DNA of 64,000 nt from Paramecium tetraurelia (taxonomy: Eukaryota): NCBI GenBank assembly GCA_000165425.1, contig CT868492.1, forward strand, positions 124,001 through 188,000, written 5' to 3'. Shown one piece after another: positions 53,301 through 64,000 of this stretch. Below the pieces are notes generated by a model that saw only the letters and a list, made by a program, of their open reading frames with translations, did not search any database and was not told where the DNA came from. Both the position numbers and the translations under genes were made by a program. Each line of letters starts with the position of its first letter. Within the stretch, counting starts at the first letter, position 1.

Positions 53301-56300
53301 TTTGACTTCTGAAGTAGTCTTTGAAAGAGTTAAATCAACAAACAATAAACCATTTACACTATCTGTGATAATCAATTATAAATAAAATAGAGAAGCATTA
53401 TTTCCTGTTGGTGAATGAACAAATGAGGATGGTCTAAATTATTTAGGTGCTTATTGTCCTAATTTAGATTAGATGAATTGATAATCAATAGTAAACAATA
53501 AAGTAGATGACCAAATTCCATCGATTGATTATAATTTATGAATTGTAATGTATCCATCATAATTTTCAGGATTCAATGAATCAGTATGTAGAACTGCAAC
53601 AACATCTTAATTTAATGCTATAATTTAAGTAGCAAATGGAGCAGAAATGAAAGCATTTTCTCTTTTACATTCTTATTTATCATTACAACTAGCAACCTAT
53701 ATTTAATCTTCAACTCCATTATTACAAAGGGAATAGAGTCTTGTGATATCAGCTTCTAATCTATAGCATTTATATTGATCTGATAATTTTGGTAAGAGAG
53801 GTTGGGCATTCTTTAGGTCATTTCCCTTAAATGACAGCACTGTATTTGAAGCTTATAAAAATGTAACAGCAAAAGGTTTAGCTACGTCATATATATAGTA
53901 ATCCATCAGGACACCCATATCTTAGCTAACGAAAGGTAAAAGAGTTATATCATCATTCATTGCCTATAAAGATAACTCTGTATTTATTATTTATCCTCCA
54001 ATCCAATCAGATCGGATTGCCACTTCTTATGCTTAATCAGTTTCTTTAATTTCAATTGATTTCAAATAATCTTCATCATTCACAATCAAAATAGTCATAG
54101 TATTTGCTACTTTTACATTCTACTCATAATGTACTTTTTATGTTTTGTCATCCCCATTCATGATATCCATAACGATAGCAAGGAGTTTGAAACAAACTTT
54201 TAAAGTTTTTTTATTGGTATAATAACTAACTCAGGGTTGAGTAGGATAAAGTTTAATTATTAAATTTTTTATCCATTAGCAAAAGTTATAATGTAGAGAG
54301 ATCCTCCTAATGATAATTAAAATTAGTCATCCGATTTAATTCCGTTTAATTTAAATGATAAATAGAATGTATCATGTTGTGTTAATGAAGGTCTATAGAT
54401 ATTCAAATAAACATCTTATGCTTTAGTAGTTTTAATTACTAGATTACCAGTTGAGAGTTAAGATGTTACAACTAATGGACTTGCAATTGAGTATTCAAAC
54501 AATTGCACTGTCTTTGCTTTGAAAATATTTAATAAGTTTTAATAATTGTATTCAATTATTTCTTTATTGTTAACTAAAAAGAATGAATTCTTAGCAGCTG
54601 AAATATAGATTTAATTATTTTAAGTATAATCCATAGATTAAATGAATATGAATTCTGTATTGATGTAATTGATAATGGCAATGTTATTTTCATTTTGAAC
54701 AAATACAATGTTTGACTTTATCATTCTATTACCATATAATTTTAATGGCTTCCATTATCCACCATATCCAATCAAATCATTTCCAGTTATACTATTCACA
54801 AATGAGAATTAACTACTCCAATAACTACTTAAAACTCCATTCTTTTATAAAATAAACAGGTAATCTCCTTAATTTAAAATACTTAATATTTATTAACCCT
54901 CTTGTTATGTAAATGAGACTGATGTCTCTTCTATAATAACTCCTTCAGCATCTGAATAAGCTGTTACTTTATATAAGGATGATATAGTTATAAATCTCAC
55001 TACATTATCATTATCTTACCATATGCTAAATAATTATTCAGATATTGGTTCTTAAAGTTAAACATTTCCATAATCTTTACAAACATATTTAACATGATCA
55101 GTCAAAACACAAAGTTAAATTGTTAACTTCTTATCTTAAGTTTGGAAGATCTAGAATAAGGTTTCTCTATCGTTCGCTACTAATTCAGTGCTGTATATAG
55201 GAGATTTAGGCCAATCAATAACTTAAATCTATCTGTTTTATGCAACCTAAGCACTGAAATCTAGAGGCATTTATGGCAAGGTAAGGCCGTACTCAAGATT
55301 AGGTCCTGATAGAATATTGCCCATTTAGAATTATTCAAATAATTCATCGAAAACTTAAGGGAATGGCTAATCGGATTTATTTTTCCTGATTGGAACTTTG
55401 CTGCTGCTTTCAATTACTTGGTACTGAATCTTAGTGGAGCATTAAAGATTATGTTAAGATGTAGCTGTAATTGTTAAATCTTTGAATTCTTAAGTTGCTG
55501 GACTGACTCCATTGAATTTTAATGATCCCAAGCTAACATTCCATCTAGCTGATGCTTTCAAAGAAACTGTCACAATTTCTTGAATGAAGGGGTTGACAAT
55601 TAACGCACCATTTGTTAAATCAATAATATCAATTAAACCACTATTGTTATCATCAGAATGATAAACAAATAAGGAGATCGAATTCTTAACATATATATAG
55701 TTTGAGCTTGCTTAAATGGATTAAGGATAGGTGATGGAATTGAATTATAAATCCTAAACCTTTTTAGTTTCTCCATCAGAATCAATTATCACATAATAAT
55801 TGTATCCTTGAACAACGAATGCTTCCATTTAGTTTTTAAGTAAAGTTCTTGCAAATGAAAATGCTTGACCAAATTTAAATGTTATCCACTTTTAATATCT
55901 CCACTCTGTATCAAAGCTAACTACAATGATACCCAATTTAGCATCTAATAAATAGAAGTATCCATTCAATCCAATTTGGAAATCAACAATATTCAATTGA
56001 TTTATTTATTTTCCAGAAATCTTAGACAATGTACTTTTATCAAGTGTTTATTTGGCTTATAGTTGACCATTTACATATTAGAATAATTCAATAAATGAAT
56101 CATTAGCTAATGAACCTTCATTTGTAATGGATAAAGTAACTCTGAAAACAAATTAATTAGTTTTAACCTGGAAAGTGCCCATTGCTCTATTTAATTAAGA
56201 ATTAGTAATTGTTGGTGTTTAAATTTCTTCAGTTCCTTTAATTAATAATAAGAATTTATTATTTTAGATTTAACAATCAACAACAAATGTGTTAGTTGAT

Positions 56301-59300
56301 AATTAAACAAAATCTAAACAATTAAGATTGGCATCTGTCTTTTTAATGTTAACAATTTGATTGAATGATGGAGCCTTATTTATAGTTGCACTAATATTAA
56401 ATATAATTTATTACGTATCTGTATAAAAAATGGAATATTTAGAACCATCCTTATTTAAAAATCCAAATTGATTAGACCATGCTCTATTCTATGTGACTAA
56501 TGCTTTAGCTGATACTATCGATGTTGCACCTAATTAATTAACTAAATAATATACTCTATTTATGATTTATAGATTCTCCTATTTATGATATTGCTTAAAC
56601 AATGGAAAAGTCAGTTGTGCCATCCTAATTGTATTTCAAGGAAACACCTTCGAAAATATTTTATGATAGATTCCATAATAATTGTTCACCAGTTGATGGG
56701 TAAATCTAGAGATTAGTGATCTTGGCGGTACATTCATTGTTATCAACTTCTTGAACGATTAATTTGAATTTTAATTTATCCTCAGAAAAGTTGTTTTTAG
56801 CAATGAGTGTGATTTCTTAGCTTTTGAGTGCTCTGTCTTAGTTTTTCACTAATAGGATTGGTGATCGGCTGATTCCATAGCTTTACAGTGGACCTGAAAA
56901 TTAGGATACAAAGAATATTAAATTCTTTTAATCGAAAAACACAGCTAGATTCAATGGACTGATCCATGAAGATTATTGATAGAGTACTCTATAGGTACCA
57001 AAACTAATGGTAGGAACAATTTCAGAAACACTATTAGCAGTAACGATATCTATGTCATAGATAACAACAGCAACTTCATTTTCTTTTCTATAAGGAATAG
57101 CTAGTTATAGATAATTGTGATGAATGGCTAGTTTGTTCATTGGAACCCAATCTCCGTATCTAACAACGACAGCAGATAAGGATTTGGCAGAAAGGAGTGT
57201 ATTAAAATTAGGTTGTCCAGTAAAATCTAATTTGAAACCATATTATGAAGCATCTGTAGTCAATATAATGAGGTAGGCTCTCAATAAATTTGAACTCCAT
57301 TCATAAGTAGGTTACCAAATGAATTGGAATGATAGGAACTTAGTTGTAGGGAGTGTGTATTGGCCAACTTGCTTATTTAAAAAATCATGAAGATTAAGTG
57401 TTTCAACTGACAAGAATACATACTCAAGTAGACCTGAGAATGAGAAATCTAAAAATACAAAACCACTCTCTGAATCACTGATAAACAATTTATAGGAGTA
57501 CTTATTTTCTTTAAGGTACTCTTATGTGACGACTGAAAAATCAGTTGGTCTGAAATCGTTTAAGGGAGTTGTTAATTTTGAATTAAGATAGTGTAAATCA
57601 ATGACTTCGACAATATCCAGTCTCCATTTTTATACTCCCATAATTATTTTATAAAGGACTATCTTTCCATCCTAGTAAAGTTCTGGGTTGCTTGTATCTG
57701 AATGCAAAACAACTAGAAGTTGATTGGAAATCAATTGTATTTTTGAAGCTGTTCCAAGCTTGAACTTCTCTCCCAATGGAGAACAACCTGTGATAGAAAA
57801 ACAACCAGTAGCATATATTGTGAATTCAGTTCCATCATGACACAATGAGTAGATAATCATTTTATCTTCAGAAACAGCAGCTTAATAGCATTAATATTCT
57901 TTGTTGGGCAAATCGAAATCATAGACTGATGCTAAAGTGTTGTCAGGGTTTACAAATATCAATCCTGTTGTAGCTTACATGATATTGTAGTTTTCATTAT
58001 ATTTGATGTGATCTCTAATTTCATATCCATTGAAGATTTTGGAGTTAAGTTGATAAAGAGGATTTTACAGTTCAATGTTGGTTTTACATTAATCACAATC
58101 AATTTCAAAGTTTCCAATCTACCCAGAATACCAATTTTGACCCAAATCAAAATTTTTAGTCTCATCAGTTGAATAGATCTATGCACCTGTTTTTGATAAA
58201 GGGAAATCATTTTGGTTCAACATAATTTTGGTTAAAGAAGAAATGGTTGTAACTTATTAATTGATTTCGACTGTATTAAATTTCTCTGGTTTATCTTAGA
58301 AGTTATAGTTCTTGATCTATAAATTTAATGAAAATTTATCCTAATAACTCGGTAATTCGATTATGGAATTGGTAATAATTGTTGCTTAATCATAGACTGC
58401 AAAGAGAGATTATTCTCCTTCAACATTTAAGTATAAATAGGTTTAGTTGATTCCATTGGCAGCAATTAATATTTGTTTTGAATCAGGAATAAGAGTAGTA
58501 GCTATATCCCAAGCTTGGACTAAGGCCTCATGTTGAGGAGCATTAGGTTTAAATACTAAAACAAAGGATTTGCTGCAATAGAGGCAGACACCTCTGATAA
58601 ACAAATGGCCTGTTTCTTCACTAAAGTCAACATTTAAAGGAGCAGAAATATCATACCAATATAGGTACAATTTCTTTTACAAATAGACGTTATTGATATC
58701 TGCAAAGTTATATTCATAGATTTAGGCATCTTTGGCAGTATCAGCAGATTTACCTTAGACAATGAAGAATGTTTCTTTTCCTATAGCAATTGAGTAATCT
58801 AAATTTGGAGTAATTTGTATGGTTTTAATGAAGTAAAAATAGCCAAAATCTATGTCTAGGATCAAGATATGATTTTTGTGTTGAATGAAGAGTATATTTG
58901 GATGTAACTTTTTGTTAGTGAAGAGAGCTTTTGGTTCCCAATCTTCGTTGTAGCCATATTATGAGAATGAGTTTTTGTTTAATGTTGAGAGCACTTAGAG
59001 CTCAGGTCTGTAAATAAGGAATGTGTGGATATCATTATTAGCTGTATGGACTAAAAGGTATTCTCCACAATTCAAGATATTTTAAATCTTATTTGTAGTG
59101 ACTGTAGAGTCCAATTGTATTGTTTTCACTGGAGTAACTTCGCCATTGTGTATTGATTTAATTACAACATTGTATATGGCATCAACGTACATGAAATATA
59201 ATATGCCATGTTTAGCCCAAATCGAAAAGTTTTGTTTGCTTACTTTAGTTTTGATTCCCAAATCGGCAACATATACTTCACAGGTTGTGGCATCAACATA

Positions 59301-61134
59301 AATGGAATTGTGAACACAACTCAAGATTTAAATTTTCAAATCTTAGGTTTACAATGCTTAATAGAAGACTGTGTCATCTTAAGTTGATATTATTTCTGCG
59401 TAGATCACATTTTTTGGTTATTCACTATTTAAACTTAATTCAACTCTTGATCTAATGGTAGTTGCAATCTCTACACCTCCCAATTGTGTTGGGTTAAGTT
59501 ATCTATATTGAAGGTTTGGCCCTGATGCTAATTTTTACAGAATAGATTGAGTTTGACCTTCTGCAATTGTCTTTGGAAAAGGCATTGGTTTATCAAACAA
59601 TTGATAAATCCAATTTTCATTATCCTCAATAATTTGATATGCAAGTTAAACAATGCATTCTTATTTGCTTGGAGACTTGGCTTTGATATTCACAACCTTC
59701 TTCTACTGTACCTTATCACTTCCCAAAAACTACAAATATCCATTGGAAATAGTGTGTCTAAAGGAGTTTTTAGTGCTGATTTGAATCAGATCTGGTTCTT
59801 ATGGGTTCACTAATAAGATGTCATTGGCAGGGATTTCTACTTTGTAATTTAAGTAGATTCTATCATTGTCCACATCAAGTTTATAGAAATAAGTCAATTT
59901 ATCATTTCTAACAATAATATTATCTTATGATATTTTAATGGAGGCTGGATAATCCAATTGGAAAAATGGAAGATTTTGAACATATGATTTTTCTTCATCC
60001 AAAACAACAAAGGAGTTGTATCCAAGGATGGCAATAACACCTAATTCAGATCCATCCTTTTTATGTTCATAATCAATATCGAAGGAATATACTCTTCCTA
60101 ATTGGAGGTCAGCTTAAGCAACTAATTCCCATGCTCCAGTTGGCTAGAATTTGACCACAAAGAGACCAAGTTATGCATCCTGAAGGAAAATGAATCCATT
60201 ATATGAGATTTCGAAATCCACAATAGTAAGTTCCATTTCAGCTCTTCCCAACAAAAATGCCATAGTAACATTATCTAAAAGATAGTTTCTGGCCACGGGC
60301 TAATAATTGTCATTCAATGCATAGACCTAAACAATTGAGTTTCCAGAAAGTTATTATGTTGGGTCCAAAGAATATGTAGGTGTTACTCTGACAACAAATG
60401 TAGTTTCTTTTCCTAATGCACTTGTCGAGTAGTATAATCCTATGCGTCTTTAATTGTAAATTTTAACAGAAGCTGCATCATCAAACGATGTTACTTTTTT
60501 TGTTGATTTTGAGTATATATAGAATACATCAATTTATTTTGTCATTTATTTCTCAGTCACTTCTCTTTAACAATCCACTATAAATTTATCATTGTCTATG
60601 TATTCTACATCGTAGCACTGTAGACTGTCAGCCACAGTTGCAATCTTAACCTTGGTCTTGAATTCTGGAGTCGGAATTTTATTCAATGCAGTTCTAACAT
60701 CTACATAAATGATTACCCTTCAGAAAAGTAAATGGACACTTCCGTTGCACTTTGATCGAGGAATACAAATGAATTCAACCATGATTGCATTTTCTTTGTG
60801 TGATATGGCTTTACTGCCCTGATATTCGAAGCAGCTATAAAAATTAAATGTGAAAATACGTGATATGTGACTTGAACTCTATCCAGTATTTGCAACTGGA
60901 TTAACTATCTTAAAATATGTGTCTTATAATTCATAAGTGAGGTCTTCGCCCTCAAAAAGATAATCACGAAGATTAATTTGCAATTTTTCTCCCTTTGTGG
61001 GAAACAATTATAATTACTCCACTTTTGAAGCTACGACTATAAGAAAATGAATTACAGCATCCTGTTGTCTTGGCGTTTAAGGCTAAAAGGCAAAGTGAGA
61101 ATACTATCAACGATGATGTAATCTTTTATTTCAT
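44272..61134 (-). CDS. Giant type I membrane protein (~5,500 aa) made of four tandem ~1,350-1,450 aa modules; three apparent frameshifts in this sequence
   Basis: ATG 61134 with signal peptide (ITSSLIVFSLCLLALNA). Each module starts C.xK...l.(I/L)(Y/F)P(S/T)xGE (Cys codons for modules 2-4 at 56730-56732, 52656-52658 and 48578-48580). Inter-module linkers are open, e.g. AKNNFSEDKLKFKLIVQEVDNNECTAK. Single TM AWWIILIIVGSVVFLGLIGFLFF (~44338-44405), TGA at 44272-44274. Confidence 0.82.
45197..45523. repeat. ~327 bp near-identical patch shared with 49334-49660 and 53412-53738
   Basis: From tgaatgaacaaatgaggatgg to attacaaagggaatagag the sequence matches the other two copies with few substitutions. 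The flanks are clearly diverged. Confidence 0.9.
48071..56620. repeat. Near-identical direct tandem repeat, period ~4,075-4,080 bp, about 2.1 copies, intragenic
   Basis: ttcttcagttcctttaattaataataaga recurs at 48071, 52150 and 56225. Line-by-line comparison of 48071-52149 with 52150-56224 shows only scattered substitutions and three indel sites. Confidence 0.95.
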
Positions 61135-62151
61135 TAAATAAATTAATTTATAAAATAGATATAGATTAGGAACTTTAAATTAAAAATTTTTACTGTTATA
61201 TACTAACATATAGAATATATTGAGTTTCAATTTCCTTTTTCGAGATAACTTATTTTGTTCCTAAAATCCAAAACGAATAAACGTCAAAACAACTAAGCTA
61301 CTAAAATCGATTAACGCTAATAAATTTGCTACTACGCCTTTTCTGACGTCATATATATTATTTGGCATTAAATAAAAAAAACTTTTAATTAATAATTAGA
61401 AATATTCAACATCAAACTTAAACTTAATTGTTCTTCAACTTTTTTATGCAAATGCTCCATTTGAAATATATATTTAAATCGTAATAAGAGAAAATTCCTT
61501 GTAATCAAAATAAAAAAGGCTTATTTATTCTGATTTCATTCTTAAGTAGTAAAAATTATACATAAAAAGTCCTATTTGTAATGAATATATGTAGAGTTTT
61601 CTAGGAGGAATTAAACTAATACTGATTCTTAAACATCTTCCTTATTGAGTATATTATTACTATATAACAATTCATTTTTCCTTTATGATTAACAAAAATT
61701 AGGAATTCATCAGAGCTGATTTGTATATTTAATACATAAAAATACAATCAAATGATTTAGTGAAAATGAATTTGCATTTTGATGACAATATTATTTTCTT
61801 ATTTGTATACATCACATGTTTAATATTAAAATTTATTATGTAATTTAAAAGATGTTTTAGTAATTTTATATATATTAAAGAGATGTTAGTTGAAATTTTA
61901 GACAGCTTACTTTAATTCTTCGATTAGCAGATGGGTGTTGTTTAAGAATGAACTTGACAATTGAAACTTACTGTTCGTTTAAATACCAATATCATATTGA
62001 AATATTACTTCCTTTTACAATGAGATTTCAGAAATAGATTGACTTGTAAAAATCTCTATGACTTCAGTCTATCATTTAATAAAAAGTCATGCGAATGAAT
62101 AAGCGAATATTATTATTTTGTTATTAATACTTAATATGCATATGATATAAA

Positions 62152-62627
62152 TCATGCCAATGGAGCAGCATTGTTTTCCACTTTATATTGCTCAACTTAT
62201 TTAATGTAATTAACATAATGTCTAACCTTATTCAAGACTGGTAAGGTTTCAGCTGAGATGACGTATCCCAAGTCTTCTTCAATCTAATTAATGGTTAGGT
62301 AATTACTTGCATAGACAATTCAATAGAATCCAAACTATCCAATCCGTGTTATTCTAATTCAGAATCTAATGTTAAAGCTAACTGAATATTACGAGGATTA
62401 ATTACCTTGTTGGTTGTTCTGTAATAATTCTTGACCAAGGTGAGAACATATCCTTCAATATCTTATGACTTCTTCAATTGGAGATAATTTTTAGTTATCA
62501 ATTATCCATCTTTATAGACTTGAATTGGCTTTGCTTATTATTGTTTGCCTTAAGTTGTGGCTGGAGTCTTGTCAGCAGCAAAGTAAAAGATTGGTCTCAT
62601 CTACAACAATCTTAATCCTCTGATCAT
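62152..62627 (-). CDS. ACP: Mitochondrial acyl carrier protein (NDUFAB1/SDAP-like)
   Basis: Presequence-like MIRGLRLLQMRPIFYFAA. Phosphopantetheine motif HGLDSLDSIELSMQ|IEEDLGYVI. Two short introns, TGA at 62152-62154. Confidence 0.92.
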
Positions 62628-62686
62628 ATTATTTAAATAATATATTTGAAATAAAATATTTTTGTTTTCTCTTCTCTTTTATATAC

Positions 62687-63121
62687 TCATGATCCTCTTT
62701 TGCATTTCTACCTCTTCATTAATGGCAACAGCTTTCTCATTCTGGGCATATCAACATCGCTTATATATCTGGTTCGTCGTTTTCTCCTCAAATTGGCTTT
62801 GGAACAATTTCGATTAAGATGCCTGGAACCAGGAGACTTGAACTTAAGCCTTCTAGCTCTCCTGGGACCAACAATTTTGACCCTCTTCATCAACCCCTTG
62901 TGATTCCCAATCTTATATAACCTGTTTTGACTCCTGATTCTCTTTTTCCAACTTGAAGACGAGGATTTTGTCTTTGATCTCGCCTACCCACTTATACGAG
63001 TTTGTTTGAATAATCTTGCCAACCCAAAGAATTGCATTGGTTTCTAACAAAATTGAATGGGTCTAATAATTGGCACTATGTGCACCATACTCTTTATTGC
63101 CTAAGTGGCTAATCTCAACAT
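62687..63121 (-). CDS. MRPL35: Mitochondrial ribosomal protein bL35m (144 aa)
   Basis: Single frame. Presequence MLRLATQAIK. Core NHKGLMKRVKIVG...KFKSPGSRHLNRNCSKANLRRKRR...DMPRMRKLLP matches the bL35 pattern. Confidence 0.82.
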
Positions 63122-63155
63122 AAAAAACACTTAATAATATAAAAATAAATAAAAA

Positions 63156-64000
63156 TCAAGATGTAATTTTATATTTCATTGTTAATGTTCCCTTCTAATT
63201 CGACATCATCTAAGATGTTCCCAACTTTGGCACACTCTGAGTCGTTGACAACTTCTACACCTTCTACGCTGACTTTATTGATCTCGTTATAGATGAAGCA
63301 GTGATCGGCCTTGAATTCTTGAATTGTTACTCCTTCTTGGCTTCAATCACTTATTTCCGCTACTCCTCCAGTTGTTGCTCCTAATCCTAATAGGTGGCTA
63401 TTGCTCCCAATTGACCTTTCTCTCGCATAGCCTAAAACCTCTCAATCTTCAATTTCTAAAGATCCCTTCTCAGAATCTAATTCTAATTATCCATAATTGT
63501 GATGATCTTCCTATTTTGAATTAATTCATCCTTCAAAATCTCTACATTCTCTGTCAATTACTGAATCTTTTGTTACAACTCCTCATTGCTTGAATTGGCT
63601 GCCACTATTATTTAAATTTGCTTTTCAAATCTCTCCCTTATGCACATCTCCTTCCACAAATAGAAGGTCCTCAATTTCTTCAAAGATGAAAATAGCGAAT
63701 TGACTTACTCGCTGTCCTCCTTAAATTTATCATAAACTCCTACTCTTTGGTACTCTACATCCAAATCAATATTCAATTTGTTAACCTAACCAAACAATGC
63801 CTCTGATGCTTTGTCCCTGACTCTCTTCAGTCCATCTGTTTTATATTCTTAAATGAAATTTGTCATCTCCATTGAAATCCCTCTCTTATAATCTTAAAAT
63901 CGATTTTACATTTACTGTATAAGCACTTCTTGAGTACGTATCTATTCAGAGAATTCCTCCTTAATCTTGTCTCTCTGTTTCTACTTCTCAATGTCAAAAC
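63156..64000 (-). CDS. C-terminal part of an uncharacterised coiled-coil protein (5' end outside the window)
   Basis: Open frame with ELQQKIQQLTENVEILKDELIQNRKII..., ending TLTMKYKITS-TGA at 63156-63158. Confidence 0.7.

Larger units (their letters stand above)
1..64000. other. Ciliate (Paramecium-like) macronuclear chromosome segment using translation table 6, with very short spliceosomal introns
   Basis: Conserved proteins (PI3K, IFT144, ACP, NOT2, HECT) read through in-frame TAA/TAG and end at TGA. Frames are restored by removing 21-32 nt GTA...TAG introns (e.g. 3163-3188, 3360-3383, 3508-3534, 61031-61055). Many intergenic spacers are only 18-60 bp. Confidence 0.95.

Noticed and set aside
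48071..56620. Transposon or LTR element as the cause of the 4 kb repeat
   Set aside because: The repeat lies wholly within coding modules of a membrane protein. I saw no transposase or RT motifs, terminal repeats or target-site duplications.
63119..63320. Alternative frame ending EGNINNEIQNYILIF... for the last gene
   Set aside because: That frame has a TGA just upstream (~63343). The continuous frame ends at 63156-63158.
1..64000. Apparent mass pseudogenisation (only short ORFs in the supplied track)
   Set aside because: An artefact of the standard genetic code. With TAA/TAG = Gln and tiny introns removed, the genes are long and intact.
1..64000. tRNA, rRNA, CRISPR arrays, telomeric repeats
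   Set aside because: None recognised by eye. A covariance-model scan would be needed to exclude small RNAs.

Overview
Gene-dense, AT-rich ciliate macronuclear-type DNA, most consistent with Paramecium. TAA/TAG read as Gln, TGA is the only stop, and introns are tiny (about 21-32 nt, GTA...TAG). The supplied standard-code ORF track therefore only shows fragments. Re-translated by hand in the ciliate code, the window holds about 16 genes: two head-to-head paralogous surface-protein genes, VAP, a ferlin with a long Gln-rich insert, a B-box-like/PHR-like protein, NOT2, an EF-hand-like protein, a ~13 kb HECT E3 ligase gene, IFT144/WDR19, a B-box-like/CHY protein, a membrane J-protein, a class I-type PI3K, a ~16.9 kb giant membrane-protein gene, mitochondrial ACP, mitochondrial bL35 and a partial coiled-coil gene. 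The most interesting signal is a family I cannot name, built on a ~1,350-1,500 aa extracellular/lumenal module. It occurs as a divergent gene pair (<1-2986 and 3102-7749; the second is a complete single-module type I membrane protein) and as four modules fused in one ~5,500 aa type I membrane protein (44272-61134). That giant gene shows a very recent 4.08 kb tandem duplication, a gene-conversion-like patch, three apparent frameshifts and a sorting-receptor-like acidic tail. All translations and alignments were done by eye, and no database searches were run.
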